A DNA stretch of 64,000 nt. Origin: an uncultured Verrucomicrobiae bacterium. GTDB lineage: Bacteria > Verrucomicrobiota > Verrucomicrobiia > Limisphaerales > UBA11358. Of this stretch, positions 15,567 through 25,611 are shown piece after piece (positions within the stretch are counted from its first letter, which is position 1; every line of letters begins with the position of its first letter). The translations under genes and the position numbers were made by a program. The stretch is from contig CAWHCL010000003.1 in the NCBI GenBank assembly GCA_963827815.1, positions 20,526 to 84,525 of the forward strand, written 5' to 3'. The notes beneath the pieces were generated by a model. That model worked only from the letters and a program-made list of their open reading frames with translations, was not told the origin of the DNA and searched no databases.

Positions 15567-18260
15567 TCAGGCGGCAATCGCTTCGTTCAGTTGGGCCACG
15601 AGCAAATTCAATTCGCCAAAAACTTGACGGGCGCGCGCCACGCCGCCGCGACCTTGCAGCAGTGGCGTGTTGTCAAAATCATCCTCGTCAATGGTGAGGT
15701 TCTTGATGAGTTGCTCGCGGACGAGCGAGAGCCATTGCATTTGCTCGGTGGTGAATTTGTGTTTTGCCGCCAGCGCGTCCATGGCGCGATTCACGCGTTC
15801 CTCGGCGGTGAGCAAGGGCGATTGCCCGGCGGCGGCGTGCTTGACGATGGAAATGACGTCAGCCAGGGCCTTGAAGCCACGGGCGCGGTGGGCGCGCTGT
15901 AGTTTTTCCGGGTCGAAGCCGTTTTGGTTGAATGCGCGCTTGAGGTCTTCCAGCACGCCGGGCCGCCAGTCTTTGGGATGCTGGAGCAGCACGCCCAGCG
16001 CGGCGACTTTGGCGGCGTTGGCCCGCACGAATTTCTCAAAGGCGTCGAGGTAGTCTTCGGCACTGTCGAACTGGCCATAGCGTTCGAGTTTCTCAGAGGT
16101 GACGACGTCTTTGTCCTCAATGGTGGAGGTGAAGATGCGCCGTGCGCGCGGGTATTCGAGCAGCAACTTTTGAAAATCCTTGTTTCGCAGCAGTTTCATG
16201 GTGCCGGCGAAATCGGATTTCAGCGCCGACGGCAGCTCCCTGGCGAACGCGGCCACGTCGCCACCGGCAATCCACGCTGCAAACTGCGTTCGGGCCTCGC
16301 CGCTCATGTCTTTGTCAATCCGCAGCAGGCGTTTGGCGAGAACTTTGACGTGGTAATCGCGATCCACGCTCTGCCAAATATTCTCGATGACTTCGATGAT
16401 GGTGAGCGGCGTTTTGCCCGGCGGCTGGAGGTCGAAGCTGGAGACGTTCTTGAAATACCGGATGAGCGTGCCGTCGAAGCAGTCAAAGATGACGAACTTG
16501 GTTTTGTTGATGTCGTTGCAACGGCGCGTGCCGCGCCCGAGCATCTGCTCCCACAGGATGCGGGACTTGACCGGACGCAGAAACACGATGAATTCCAGCG
16601 CAGGGATGTCAACGCCGGTGGAGAGCATGTCCACGGTGACGACGACCTTGGGATTGGGGCGGTTGCGGAACTCACGGATGCGCTGGAGCGGCCGGTCCAC
16701 GTTGGGGTTGCCGGTGATTTTTTTGACGAAGTCGTCGCCCTGCTTGAATTCGTCCCGGCAGATTTTCACCAACTGATCGGCGTGAGAGGTGTGCGGGATG
16801 TCGTTGACGGCGAAAATCAGGATTTTTGGAAAGCGGCCTGTGACAGCCTCGTGTTCGTAGGCGTATTTGGCGACTTCCTGGATGATCTTGCGATTGCTGT
16901 CGGGTGCGGTGATGGAGCGCTCGACATCGGCGGCATCGTAGGCGCGCTCGTCTTCCAACTGATCGAGCGCCAACTGGCCGGTGTCGGTGTCCACGCGCTC
17001 GACGGTCTCGCCTTCCTTAAGAAACACGCCTTTCATGCGGACATCGGATTTGATGGCGACGGGCTCGTAATCCACGAGGTAGCCATCGAGGATGGCCTGT
17101 TCGACAGTGTAACGGAAGACCGGCGGCCCGAAAACCGCCGTGGTGTGCGCCGCCGGCGTGGCGGTGAGGCCGACCTTGACGGCGTCGAAATGATTGATGG
17201 TCGCGCGCCAGATGCTCATCTCTTCCGCCGTGTAGCCGCGATGACATTCGTCGGCAATGATTAGATCAAAGGCGTGGATGGGGATGTCGAGCTTGTCCGC
17301 ATCCGCTTCAGCTTCGGTGTCGCCGCCGCCCTGGGCGAAGCAGCCTTCCGCGCCAAAGAGATTGCGCGCCATTCGCTGGATGGTGGAGACGTAAACAAAG
17401 GTGTGCGAGGCCTTTGGCGCGGTCAGGTATTCATTGGGCAGCACCTTGGGGTCGAATGGTTCGTCGTCACCGAAATCCTCTTTTTGGAATTTCTGGCTGT
17501 AGAGTTCGTATTCCTGGGTGAACTTCTGGCCCGAGGGCGTGCTGAAGGCGTTGAACTCGCGCACGGCCTGGGCGGCGAGAGCTTTGCGATCCACGAGGAA
17601 CAGGATGCGCTTGAACTGGCCACTCTTGAGCAGGCGATAGACTTGGGCCACGGTGAGAAACGTTTTGCCCGTGCCGGTGGCAAGGGCGAGAAGAAGTTCG
17701 CGCCGGCTGGAACGGATGGCGGCCTCGGTGGCCGTGATGGCGCCCACCTGATACGGACGCAACCGGACGATGTGTTCGGGCGGCGTATCGAGCAGCCAAT
17801 CGTGGGCGAGCTTGGAATTGAAGGCGAATTTTTCCGCCAGAGCCGGGGCGGTGTGGAAATCCGCGACGGGTCGGGAGGTCGGTTTATCCGACCGGACATC
17901 GAGGTGCCAGATGATCTCACCGTTGGTGGCGTAGAGGAATGGAACGTGGAAGCCATTCCAGTTGCCGGGACCATTCGTCGCCCCCTTGGCGTAGCGCTTG
18001 GCTTGTTCCAGGACGTTCTGGGGGTTCACGGTTACCTTTTTGGCCTCGATGATGCCGAGAAAAATGCCATCCACGAAGAGGGCGTAGTCGGCGGGGCCAT
18101 TCTCGGTAGGAAATTCGGTGACCGCGTGGCAGGTGAGCTTGGAGGTATCGATGCCGGCTTGCCAAGGGATGATTTGCCACGGCGGATTGAGCGCCCGCAG
18201 CCGGGTATCAATCCGATTTTTCCTAGTCAGCCATTCCGCCTCGTGCATAGGTAGTTGCAT
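15567..18260 (-). CDS. hsdR: type I restriction endonuclease R subunit
   Basis: N-terminal nuclease motif ADYALF...GIIEAKK, helicase motif I ATGTGKT, DEAD box IADECHRG, EcoEI-R-like C-terminal region. Confidence 0.95.
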   Translation of the reverse strand: MQLPMHEAEWLTRKNRIDTRLRALNPPWQIIPWQAGIDTSKLTCHAVTEFPTENGPADYALFVDGIFLGIIEAKKVTVNPQNVLEQAKRYAKGATNGPGNWNGFHVPFLYATNGEIIWHLDVRSDKPTSRPVADFHTAPALAEKFAFNSKLAHDWLLDTPPEHIVRLRPYQVGAITATEAAIRSSRRELLLALATGTGKTFLTVAQVYRLLKSGQFKRILFLVDRKALAAQAVREFNAFSTPSGQKFTQEYELYSQKFQKEDFGDDEPFDPKVLPNEYLTAPKASHTFVYVSTIQRMARNLFGAEGCFAQGGGDTEAEADADKLDIPIHAFDLIIADECHRGYTAEEMSIWRATINHFDAVKVGLTATPAAHTTAVFGPPVFRYTVEQAILDGYLVDYEPVAIKSDVRMKGVFLKEGETVERVDTDTGQLALDQLEDERAYDAADVERSITAPDSNRKIIQEVAKYAYEHEAVTGRFPKILIFAVNDIPHTSHADQLVKICRDEFKQGDDFVKKITGNPNVDRPLQRIREFRNRPNPKVVVTVDMLSTGVDIPALEFIVFLRPVKSRILWEQMLGRGTRRCNDINKTKFVIFDCFDGTLIRYFKNVSSFDLQPPGKTPLTIIEVIENIWQSVDRDYHVKVLAKRLLRIDKDMSGEARTQFAAWIAGGDVAAFARELPSALKSDFAGTMKLLRNKDFQKLLLEYPRARRIFTSTIEDKDVVTSEKLERYGQFDSAEDYLDAFEKFVRANAAKVAALGVLLQHPKDWRPGVLEDLKRAFNQNGFDPEKLQRAHRARGFKALADVISIVKHAAAGQSPLLTAEERVNRAMDALAAKHKFTTEQMQWLSLVREQLIKNLTIDEDDFDNTPLLQGRGGVARARQVFGELNLLVAQLNEAIAA

Positions 18261-18411
18261 GATGCACTCGGGGGAGAAAACTGCACAGAAAAAATTAGCA
18301 AATCTGGCGGCAGAAATGAGACACGAATTTCACGAATTAACACGAATGAAGATTCGGCTCGAACGGAGTCTCGCCGATTGAACATGGGTGCTAGGCTCTG
18401 GGCTTTTGGCT

Positions 18412-18966
18412 TTAGGCCGGAAGATTTAATTTGAGGTCGGCGAGACATGATTCGATGCCTTCAAGGAGTTCCCAGACCTGGGCCTCTGTCCGATTCAATT
18501 GCCAGCAGGCGGCGTCCCGGGCGGCCGCGTAGTTCAACAGGGCGCTGTCCCAGTTCATGCCAATAGTTGCAAAATAATGCGCTTTGCGCTGAGTCAGCCA
18601 TTCGCGTAGTTGCCGGTCATCGCATTGGCGCGTCAGGTAGGCGATGACTAAATCGCGCCGGGCCGTGGTTGGTGGTCCTTGCGGACGGCCACCGTTAAAA
18701 CCTGAAAGCGGAAATTTGAAACCTGAAAGTCCTTCCGGAGGCGTCGTTCCGAACCGGCAGTCCTTACGTCCCGCTTTTTTCGGACTGGCACTTTTAACCG
18801 CTGTGGTTGTGAGCAGGACAAGGACCTCGGTTTTGTGGCGGCGGAGTTCGTCGGCCAGTTCGGACGGCAGTTTTGAGGCCGGGCGAACGGCCAGTCCGCC
18901 ACCAGCCCGGGGTTCGAGCTGGAGGCCGAGGCCGCGCGCCCGTTGCAGGAGGTCGGCGGCGGTCAT
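18412..18966 (-). CDS. hypothetical protein of the replication module
   Basis: ATGA overlap with the primase stop. The N-terminal LLQRARGLGLQLEPRAGGGLAVRP...ELRRHKTEVLVLL docking-type motif is common in mobile elements. Confidence 0.55.
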   Translation of the reverse strand: MTAADLLQRARGLGLQLEPRAGGGLAVRPASKLPSELADELRRHKTEVLVLLTTTAVKSASPKKAGRKDCRFGTTPPEGLSGFKFPLSGFNGGRPQGPPTTARRDLVIAYLTRQCDDRQLREWLTQRKAHYFATIGMNWDSALLNYAAARDAACWQLNRTEAQVWELLEGIESCLADLKLNLPA

Positions 18967-21338
18967 AGGACGATTTCATCCGGCTGGGGCTGTTCCGAAC
19001 CGTCACACCGTAACAGTTCAATGTTTTCAAGTGTTTCATGCTGATTCTGAACCGTCACAGGCTCAACGGCTGTGACGGATTGAAACATTGAATTTTCGCC
19101 TGTGTTTACAGGTGTTGTGACGGTGTGACGGTTTGCAGGCGGGGTATCCGGCAGATAGCGCCCGAATGACTCGTCGAAGTCTTCGAGTTGGTAGCCTTTG
19201 GCTGTCTCATCCTGGCCGACTCCGGTGCGGATGGTTCGCGGCTGGATCGAAAATGGCCGGAGTTTGCGGGACAGCCAGTTGGCGTTCACGCCATGCCCCT
19301 TGCGCTCGTCGCACCAAGGCCGGTCTTCCATGTGGTTGAGGCACTCGACGATGGTGGCGGAGGTGAGCCGGTCCACGCCATCGGCGGTGAAGAGATCACG
19401 AATGTCGCGCAGGAGCATTACGCCGTGGCCCTGCACCTCGACATCATCATTGGCGGCAAGCAGCGTGAAGGCGGTTCGGGCGCGTGCCGGCCAGGGACCG
19501 CCGACGGCCTCGGCGATTGCCATGAGCGGACGCCAATTGTCGGCGAGCCGGTTGAAGCAGTCCGGCGGCATGACCGGGTCGCACGCTTCGAGCCGCTGGA
19601 TGTTGTCCCGTGCCCAGCGGGCGAGTTTGCGGCTTAATTCGCGTTCGCGGGCGATGCGGCGCGAGTCGAATCGGGCCGTGACTTCGCCGGGCCGGGCGCG
19701 CACGAGCCGGATTTGCACGGAGCGGTCGTGCAAGGTTCCTTGCAAATGACCGATACCGGCAAGAACGGCCGGGGCGTAGGCGTTGAAGGCGCGGACTTCG
19801 TTTTTATCGCCTTCACACCGGTAGGCCCGCGCGCCGCGCTTGTGGCCGGCGTTGAGCAGGCCGCGAAGTTCGTCGTTGTCGGCGAGGTAGGTGTCCACCT
19901 CGTCGAGTGCGAGGATGGGCTTGTGCAATTCAACCAGGCGGAACAGCACCGCCGGGGTGATACTTTCTGTCCGGAGCGCACGAGGCGTGAGGCTGCACAC
20001 CACGTCGAGCAGTGTGGTTTTGCCGCAGCCTTTTTCCGGCGAGAATAGATTCAGCCGGGGCGAATGTATGAACGCCTCGAAGCAGTGCGCGTGGGCGGTC
20101 CAGAGCGCGAGCGCATCCCCTGCCCCGGCTGGCAGCACAACGTAATTCGCAAACGTCGCGGCAACTGAGTCGAGAACTTCGGCACCATCCACCGGCTCGG
20201 TCCACGGTTCGGGGTCGTCGAATTCGACCGTGGAACCGCTGGCGCTGGCGTCGGAAGTTTCAGGCCGGCGTTGGGCGACCTCGGCGTCGAGCGTCGAGTT
20301 GCGGACACCGAGTTTTTTCGCCTCCTCATCGCGGACGCGGTCGTATTCCGCCAGCGAGAGTTTTGCGAGGGCCGTGAAGACGGCTTCGTCGGCTTCGTTG
20401 GAACGACGGAAGATGCCGGCGGCGGTCGCCGGCTGGTCACGCTCGTCGAGCTTCAACGTGGGCCAGATTTTTTCACATTCACCGGCGACAAACTTCGCGG
20501 ATTTCTTTGACCACTCAATCCACTGTGGCAGGCCGGCGTCACCCAGGGAGCGTTTCAGCGAGTAGCCGGTGGCGATCCAGACGCCGCGGTCGTCGCTTGG
20601 CACCGGCAACAGGTTGGCCTTGAGTTTCAGCTCGAGCGCGGCGGTTTCCTCCGGCGTGCGCTCCGCCGCGATGGTTGGCGACGAAATGCTGAGGTTCTCC
20701 TTTACCGGAGTTGGAACCTCAAAAATTGGAATTTCCGGCACGGGCAATTCCCCGGCGTTGGGATTGTAATATGCATCCGGGTCCCATGACGCGAAACAGA
20801 GGCGTTCCGGGTTCTTGCCGCTGGCGTCAATTCCAAGGCCGGTGGTCGCCTGGACGCGATCGCGCACGGCGGCGAAGTTGGCGGCGTGTGGCTGATCCGC
20901 CCGCGCGCGATAAACGGCCTTGATGCCAGAGGACGGCGAGGCATACACGAGGACGACATGCGGGTCCGCGACCAGTTTCGCGCGGAGCGCGGCTTGCGCG
21001 TCAGCGTCGAGGTTGTCGAGGTCCGTGACGACAAGGCCGGAGGATTGTGCAAGACCGGTATCGCCGCGACTATTGAACACGCCGGTGAACATGAATGCCG
21101 GCAGCGCGGCTTTCATGTCTTTGACGGCTTTTTTGGCGTCGGTCACGGAGCCGGTTGCCTGGAGGACCGAGTTGTAGGTGGCGCGAATGGCTTCGACCGC
21201 CGGGCGGAGCCGGTCGCCCCGAAGCAGGTCGAGAGCCTCGTCAAGCGTGCAGCGCTTGGGGCATTTATCGAGGACGTTGTCCACGCGCGAAAACAGAACG
21301 GCGGTCTTGCCGCCGGAATTTGAAAGGTTAGAATTCAT
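18963..21338 (-). CDS. primase-like / PriCT-like / DUF3631-type P-loop NTPase replication protein
   Basis: 791 aa. The N-terminal region resembles VirE/BT4734-type primases. Central GVWIATGYSLK...WIEWSKKS. Walker A SPEKGCGKTTLL, followed by LALDEVD. Confidence 0.75.
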   Translation of the reverse strand: MNSNLSNSGGKTAVLFSRVDNVLDKCPKRCTLDEALDLLRGDRLRPAVEAIRATYNSVLQATGSVTDAKKAVKDMKAALPAFMFTGVFNSRGDTGLAQSSGLVVTDLDNLDADAQAALRAKLVADPHVVLVYASPSSGIKAVYRARADQPHAANFAAVRDRVQATTGLGIDASGKNPERLCFASWDPDAYYNPNAGELPVPEIPIFEVPTPVKENLSISSPTIAAERTPEETAALELKLKANLLPVPSDDRGVWIATGYSLKRSLGDAGLPQWIEWSKKSAKFVAGECEKIWPTLKLDERDQPATAAGIFRRSNEADEAVFTALAKLSLAEYDRVRDEEAKKLGVRNSTLDAEVAQRRPETSDASASGSTVEFDDPEPWTEPVDGAEVLDSVAATFANYVVLPAGAGDALALWTAHAHCFEAFIHSPRLNLFSPEKGCGKTTLLDVVCSLTPRALRTESITPAVLFRLVELHKPILALDEVDTYLADNDELRGLLNAGHKRGARAYRCEGDKNEVRAFNAYAPAVLAGIGHLQGTLHDRSVQIRLVRARPGEVTARFDSRRIARERELSRKLARWARDNIQRLEACDPVMPPDCFNRLADNWRPLMAIAEAVGGPWPARARTAFTLLAANDDVEVQGHGVMLLRDIRDLFTADGVDRLTSATIVECLNHMEDRPWCDERKGHGVNANWLSRKLRPFSIQPRTIRTGVGQDETAKGYQLEDFDESFGRYLPDTPPANRHTVTTPVNTGENSMFQSVTAVEPVTVQNQHETLENIELLRCDGSEQPQPDEIVL

Positions 21339-21394
21339 GCAAGTTAGTCATATTGCCGCCGCTTCAGCCTGACCGTTGATCGACGGCAAATTTT

Positions 21395-21691
21395 TTAGTT
21401 CCGATTGCCTGCGGTTTCGGCGTTGGCAAAGATGTGCGCCTTCAAGCTGGCGTAATCCACCAGCCGGATGCCCGTCTTGGCGCCGCGTTTGCGGAGGCAA
21501 AACGAGCGCACTGGCGGGGTGAAACCGTTCAGCTCGGTCGGGAGTATTAATTCATTCAACGCGGACCGCGAGAGTCCGGTGAATGGACAACGCACTCCCG
21601 GCGGCGGGAGGCGAAGGAATTCAGGTTCAGCCGGCGTTTGAATGCGCGGCGATGTTTGAACGATCTCAGTGGTCATGTTCATGGCTGTCAT
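21395..21691 (-). CDS. small excisionase/AlpA-like DNA-binding protein
   Basis: FLRLPPPGVRCPFTGLSRSALNELI...GIRLVDYASLKAHI. It sits between the primase and the integrase. Confidence 0.5.
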   Translation of the reverse strand: MTAMNMTTEIVQTSPRIQTPAEPEFLRLPPPGVRCPFTGLSRSALNELILPTELNGFTPPVRSFCLRKRGAKTGIRLVDYASLKAHIFANAETAGNRN

Positions 21692-21780
21692 GCGACAACC
21701 ATGAACGATCCGTAAATCTAAAAAAGGGAACCGAAAAAAAAGAATTTTCCCTAATTACCACCAATTTTTCAGTCGTGGCG

Positions 21781-22368
21781 CTAACGGCGGGCGCGATGGA
21801 CGTGGTTTCGTTTTTGACCCTTGCGGAGTCCACGTTTATCGGGAGCCAATATCAGACCTAATTCCTTGGCGCGATTGCGGATGGTTTTGATATCGCAAGT
21901 AAAGCCTGGCGCCCTGAACTTGACGAGCGCGAGTATCTGTCTGGCGGTGCGATTAAGATGCTTCAACTTAACCCACTTAAAATCGAAAGGCTTATCGCTA
22001 AGGCGAATTAAATCTTTGGAACGTTCCAACAATGCCGAGCTCACCGGATCCACCGGGGAATACCTCCAATAGTCAAAGCCAGGTTGACCTTTGACATTTT
22101 CCACAGCCGCAATCGTCCAGTCCTCCAACAATTCGACAAACGCATGAACATCGGCGAATTGTTTTTTGTTGATGGCGTCAGCAAACAAGGCAAGCAGCTT
22201 GCGAGCAGGATCTTTCTTAGATTTGTTTTTAACATCATAGTGAATACCCCGTGCGAGCCAAAACATTGCCTGATTTTCCAATGCCCTGGCCCCGTATTGC
22301 GCGACGAAATCCTGATCTTCCCGAGACAGGGAAGACAGATAAAGTTCATACTTTCCTTTGTTTCTCAT
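21781..22368 (-). CDS. hypothetical protein
   Basis: ORF track. 4-nt overlap with the integrase stop. AT-richer than its surroundings. Confidence 0.55.
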   Translation of the reverse strand: MRNKGKYELYLSSLSREDQDFVAQYGARALENQAMFWLARGIHYDVKNKSKKDPARKLLALFADAINKKQFADVHAFVELLEDWTIAAVENVKGQPGFDYWRYSPVDPVSSALLERSKDLIRLSDKPFDFKWVKLKHLNRTARQILALVKFRAPGFTCDIKTIRNRAKELGLILAPDKRGLRKGQKRNHVHRARR

Positions 22369-23579
22369 AGCGTGATGTCGGGCAGTTTGTTGACGGCGGC
22401 GCGCTTGGCGGTGTCGTCAATTTTGGTGTAGTTGCGCGAGATGGAAGCGGTTTCATGGCCAACGATGTCCATGGCCACGGAGTCGGACACGCCGGACGAT
22501 TTCAAGGCGCTGGTGCAGTTGTAACGCAGGCAGTGAAAAGATATTTCATTCCGTTTGTGCTTGGAGTCGCGGCCTTTGCCGTTCTTGGTCTTCTCGTGTC
22601 CGCGTTTTTTGACAATGCCCGCCTTCACCATGACCTTGTAAAACTGCGCGGAGAGCCACGCAGCAGGCTTGCCATGCAGCTTCGGGCAAAGCGCGGCGCG
22701 GGGATCGTCGCCCGCAATAGTGGACAAGTGCCGTGCCAGCGGTTCAGCCAAAGGCAACACCTGGCGGCGTCCGGTCTTTTCCGTAAGGACATTGAGCGTG
22801 TCCGTGTGCAACTCGACATTGCGCCACGTCAGGTTTGCACAGTCGCGCAAGCGCAGGCCGGTGTAAAACGCCGTCAGAATCATTGTGCGCCACTCCGCGT
22901 CCGCGTGTGACAAAAGGTCGGTCAATTCCTTGCCAGTGAACGGGCGGCGGCTTTCCGGCTCGGTCTGGATGAACTCGACATGTTCGGCAGGGTTGAATTC
23001 CAACTGACGGCTTTTAACGGCGGCGTTGAAGGCAGCCTTCAATACCTTCACGCTTTTGTTTATGGTGGAGGGTGAGACGCGCTTGGCCAGATGTGTTTTG
23101 AAATCCTCGACTTGACGCGGCTGTAACGTCGACAGGGCGCGGTTGGAACGTGCACCCAAGAATGTGAGAAAAAGAACAATAATTCGACGGTAGGCGATCA
23201 CCGTCGCCTTACTCGCGTCCGTGCGCCCGGTAATCCATGAATCAAGCCAGCCGCGAACGGTATGGGACGTGAACTCGCCTCCAGCGATTCGGATGAACTC
23301 TTCGACAGCGAGGTTCAAGACAGCTTCAGCGCGGTCTGCCGCAAGTTTGCCATGAGTCTCGGCAATGGCCGCGCCTGCCTCGTGCACAAGTTTCATGCCT
23401 TTTTCATTGGAAAGCTTTCCGTTCCGCGTAAGGTCTGCAGCTTGTTCGAGATTGACACATATCGTGCGGGCGATTTTAGCGTTCTGCGTGCCGGTGCTGC
23501 GAAAGCGGCGGAAACCTTCAGGATCGTAAAAAGCGCAGAACCAGTTCGGCCTGCCCTTTTGCTTGTGGATGGATGCCAT
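22365..23579 (-). CDS. tyrosine integrase of the island (ORF track extends to 23672; the ATG at 23579 is preferred)
   Basis: MASIHKQKGRPNWF... SAM-like N-terminal domain, then LRLRDCANLTW...HCLRYNCTS...IVGHETASISRNY, matching the catalytic R-HxxR-Y pattern. Confidence 0.9.
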   Translation of the reverse strand: MASIHKQKGRPNWFCAFYDPEGFRRFRSTGTQNAKIARTICVNLEQAADLTRNGKLSNEKGMKLVHEAGAAIAETHGKLAADRAEAVLNLAVEEFIRIAGGEFTSHTVRGWLDSWITGRTDASKATVIAYRRIIVLFLTFLGARSNRALSTLQPRQVEDFKTHLAKRVSPSTINKSVKVLKAAFNAAVKSRQLEFNPAEHVEFIQTEPESRRPFTGKELTDLLSHADAEWRTMILTAFYTGLRLRDCANLTWRNVELHTDTLNVLTEKTGRRQVLPLAEPLARHLSTIAGDDPRAALCPKLHGKPAAWLSAQFYKVMVKAGIVKKRGHEKTKNGKGRDSKHKRNEISFHCLRYNCTSALKSSGVSDSVAMDIVGHETASISRNYTKIDDTAKRAAVNKLPDITL

Positions 23580-23584
23580 AAAAG

Positions 23585-23613
23585 CTGCATAACGGTAGCG
23601 CATAACGTGTGTG
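23585..23613 (+). promoter_or_regulatory. candidate integrase arm-type site (right arm): CTGCATAACGGTAGCGCATAACGTGTGTG
   Basis: Partner of 3446-3474. It lies between the integrase ATG and the att core. Confidence 0.45.
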
Positions 23614-23666
23614 GGTGTCAAGTGTATCATAAATGTTGTGATTTCGAGTGATTTTGACAGCGAGCA

Positions 23667-23709
23667 GGCCAAAAACGTCGTGTGGGTTCAAGTCCCGCCA
23701 CCGGCACCA
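23667..23709 (+). repeat. attR: 43-nt copy of the 3' end of tRNA-Leu (variable arm end, T arm, acceptor 3' strand, CCA)
   Basis: GGCCAAAAACGTCGTGTGGGTTCAAGTCCCGCCACCGGCACCA against tRNA 3343-3385. No 5' half of the tRNA lies upstream. Confidence 0.8.
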
Positions 23710-23880
23710 GCCTTCGACTCCAGCTAGCGAACAGCTACAGCTCGGCAACCAGCCGAAAGTTCTTGTATTGCCATTCCAGCGGGAGTATTCCGCCAGCAAC
23801 ATGTCCAATTGGAATTTTTACAAACATTTGACAACTGTTTGACAATTCGCGGTGTTCAATGGTTTATCTGTTGAATTATT

Positions 23881-25329
23881 ATGAAATCTACCATTCTCAT
23901 CGCGATGCTGACAGGGCTGACTGCTCAAGCCGTTTTCGCCCAGCCCGCGCTCACCATCTATAACCAGAACTTCGCCGTCGTGCGCGACACCGTGCCGCTC
24001 GATTTGCAGGCGGGCGTCAATTCCGTCCGCTACGCCGGCGCGACGGCACAGGTCGAGCCGGACTCGGTGATCCTGCGCGACCCGACCGGCAAACATTCGC
24101 TCCAAATCCTGGAACAGGATTACCGCAATGATCCGGTCTCGCAGGAATTGCTCCTATCACTCTTTGAGGGCAAGACGATTGATTTTGAAAAAGTCCGGCT
24201 CAAGGACAACACGCAAACCACTGAATTGGTTCCGGGCAAAATCGTCCGCAGCGGCTACGTTCCCGGAGGCGAGGCGCAGCAGCCCATCATCGAGATGGAC
24301 GGCAAACTGCAATTCAGCCTGCCTGGTGAACCCCGGTTTCCCGACCTCGGCGACGACACGGTGCTCAAGCCGACGCTCAATTGGCTGCTGCAATCCGACA
24401 CGCCTGGCAAATTTGATGCCGAAATCGGCTACATCACTGAAGGTTTCGACTGGAGCGCCAGTTACAATCTCGTCTCGCCGGAGAAAGGCGACAATGTGGA
24501 TCTGGTCGGCTGGATCACGATGAACAACAACAGCGGCAAGACGTTTGAAAATGCCAAAATCAAATTGATGGCCGGTGACGTGAATAAAATCCAGCCGCAA
24601 AATTATGGAATGTTAAGAGATAGAATAATGACAATGAGCGCAATAGGTGGTGCAGTCCCATCTCCCGCCGTCACCGAGAAAGTCTTTGACGAATTTCATC
24701 TTTACGACATTGCCCGTCCGACGACATTACATGATCGCGAGACGAAGCAGGTTGAATTCGTTCATGCTGAGAAGATGTTCGCGCCGACGATTTATGTTTA
24801 TGATGGCGCAGCCGATTACCGCTTTTACGGCGGGCTGAACACGGAACAAGGCTACGGCGAATCGGATGAAAAAAAAGTTCTCGTCCAGCGCGAGTTTGTG
24901 AACGCCGAGACGAACCAGCTCGGCATCGCACTGCCGGCGGGCAAGCTGCGGTTCTATCGCCGGGACGACGACGGCCAATTGCAATTTGTCGGCGAGAACA
25001 CGATTGACCACACGCCGCGCAACGAAACCGTCCGCGTGACCACCGGCAATTCCTTCGACCTCGTCGGCGAGCGCAAGCAGACGAATTTCCGGGTGGACAC
25101 GGGTGACAAATGGATTGACGAGTCGTTTGAAATCAAGCTGCGCAACCGCAAGAAAGACACGCCGGTGGAAATCCGCGTGGTCGAGCACCTCTACCGCTGG
25201 AGCAACTGGGAAATCACGGCCAAGTCAGATGACTTTGTGAAAAAAGATTCGCAGACGATTGAGTTCCGCATTCCTGTCAAGCCGGATGAGGAACGCACGG
25301 TGACTTACACCGTGCATTATTCGTGGTGA
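23881..25329 (+). CDS. secreted DUF4139-like protein
   Basis: Signal peptide MKSTILIAMLTGLTAQAVFAQ. LTIYNQNFAVVRD... fits the family pattern as I recall it. Confidence 0.65.
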   Translation: MKSTILIAMLTGLTAQAVFAQPALTIYNQNFAVVRDTVPLDLQAGVNSVRYAGATAQVEPDSVILRDPTGKHSLQILEQDYRNDPVSQELLLSLFEGKTIDFEKVRLKDNTQTTELVPGKIVRSGYVPGGEAQQPIIEMDGKLQFSLPGEPRFPDLGDDTVLKPTLNWLLQSDTPGKFDAEIGYITEGFDWSASYNLVSPEKGDNVDLVGWITMNNNSGKTFENAKIKLMAGDVNKIQPQNYGMLRDRIMTMSAIGGAVPSPAVTEKVFDEFHLYDIARPTTLHDRETKQVEFVHAEKMFAPTIYVYDGAADYRFYGGLNTEQGYGESDEKKVLVQREFVNAETNQLGIALPAGKLRFYRRDDDGQLQFVGENTIDHTPRNETVRVTTGNSFDLVGERKQTNFRVDTGDKWIDESFEIKLRNRKKDTPVEIRVVEHLYRWSNWEITAKSDDFVKKDSQTIEFRIPVKPDEERTVTYTVHYSW

Positions 25330-25611
25330 AATTGGCAAGAGCGTCACGGATTATTAACCACGAAATACACTAAAAGATGGGAGAAAAACAAAAGGTGAAA
25401 AGCTGACCTGCCTACGTCGAACTTCCGTCTTCGCGACGCTTCGACGCGACGAGTCGGTGCGGCAAGAAGCTGAAAGTTGAAATTTTCAACCACGGATGAA
25501 CACAGATGAACACGGATGCACCTCATCAGAAACCCTCACCCAATGAGCGCCGGTCCTTGCGGACGGACACCATCGCACGAACGGCGGGCAGAGGACTGCC
25601 CGCCCTACCAT

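Larger units (their letters stand above)
3386..23709. mobile_element. about 20.3-kb integrative element / genomic island inserted at the 3' end of tRNA-Leu, carrying defence cargo
   Basis: A full tRNA sits at the left junction and a 43-nt copy of its 3' end at the right junction. Integrase, Xis-like and primase genes cluster at the right end, and matching arm-type repeats lie inside both ends. Confidence 0.75.
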
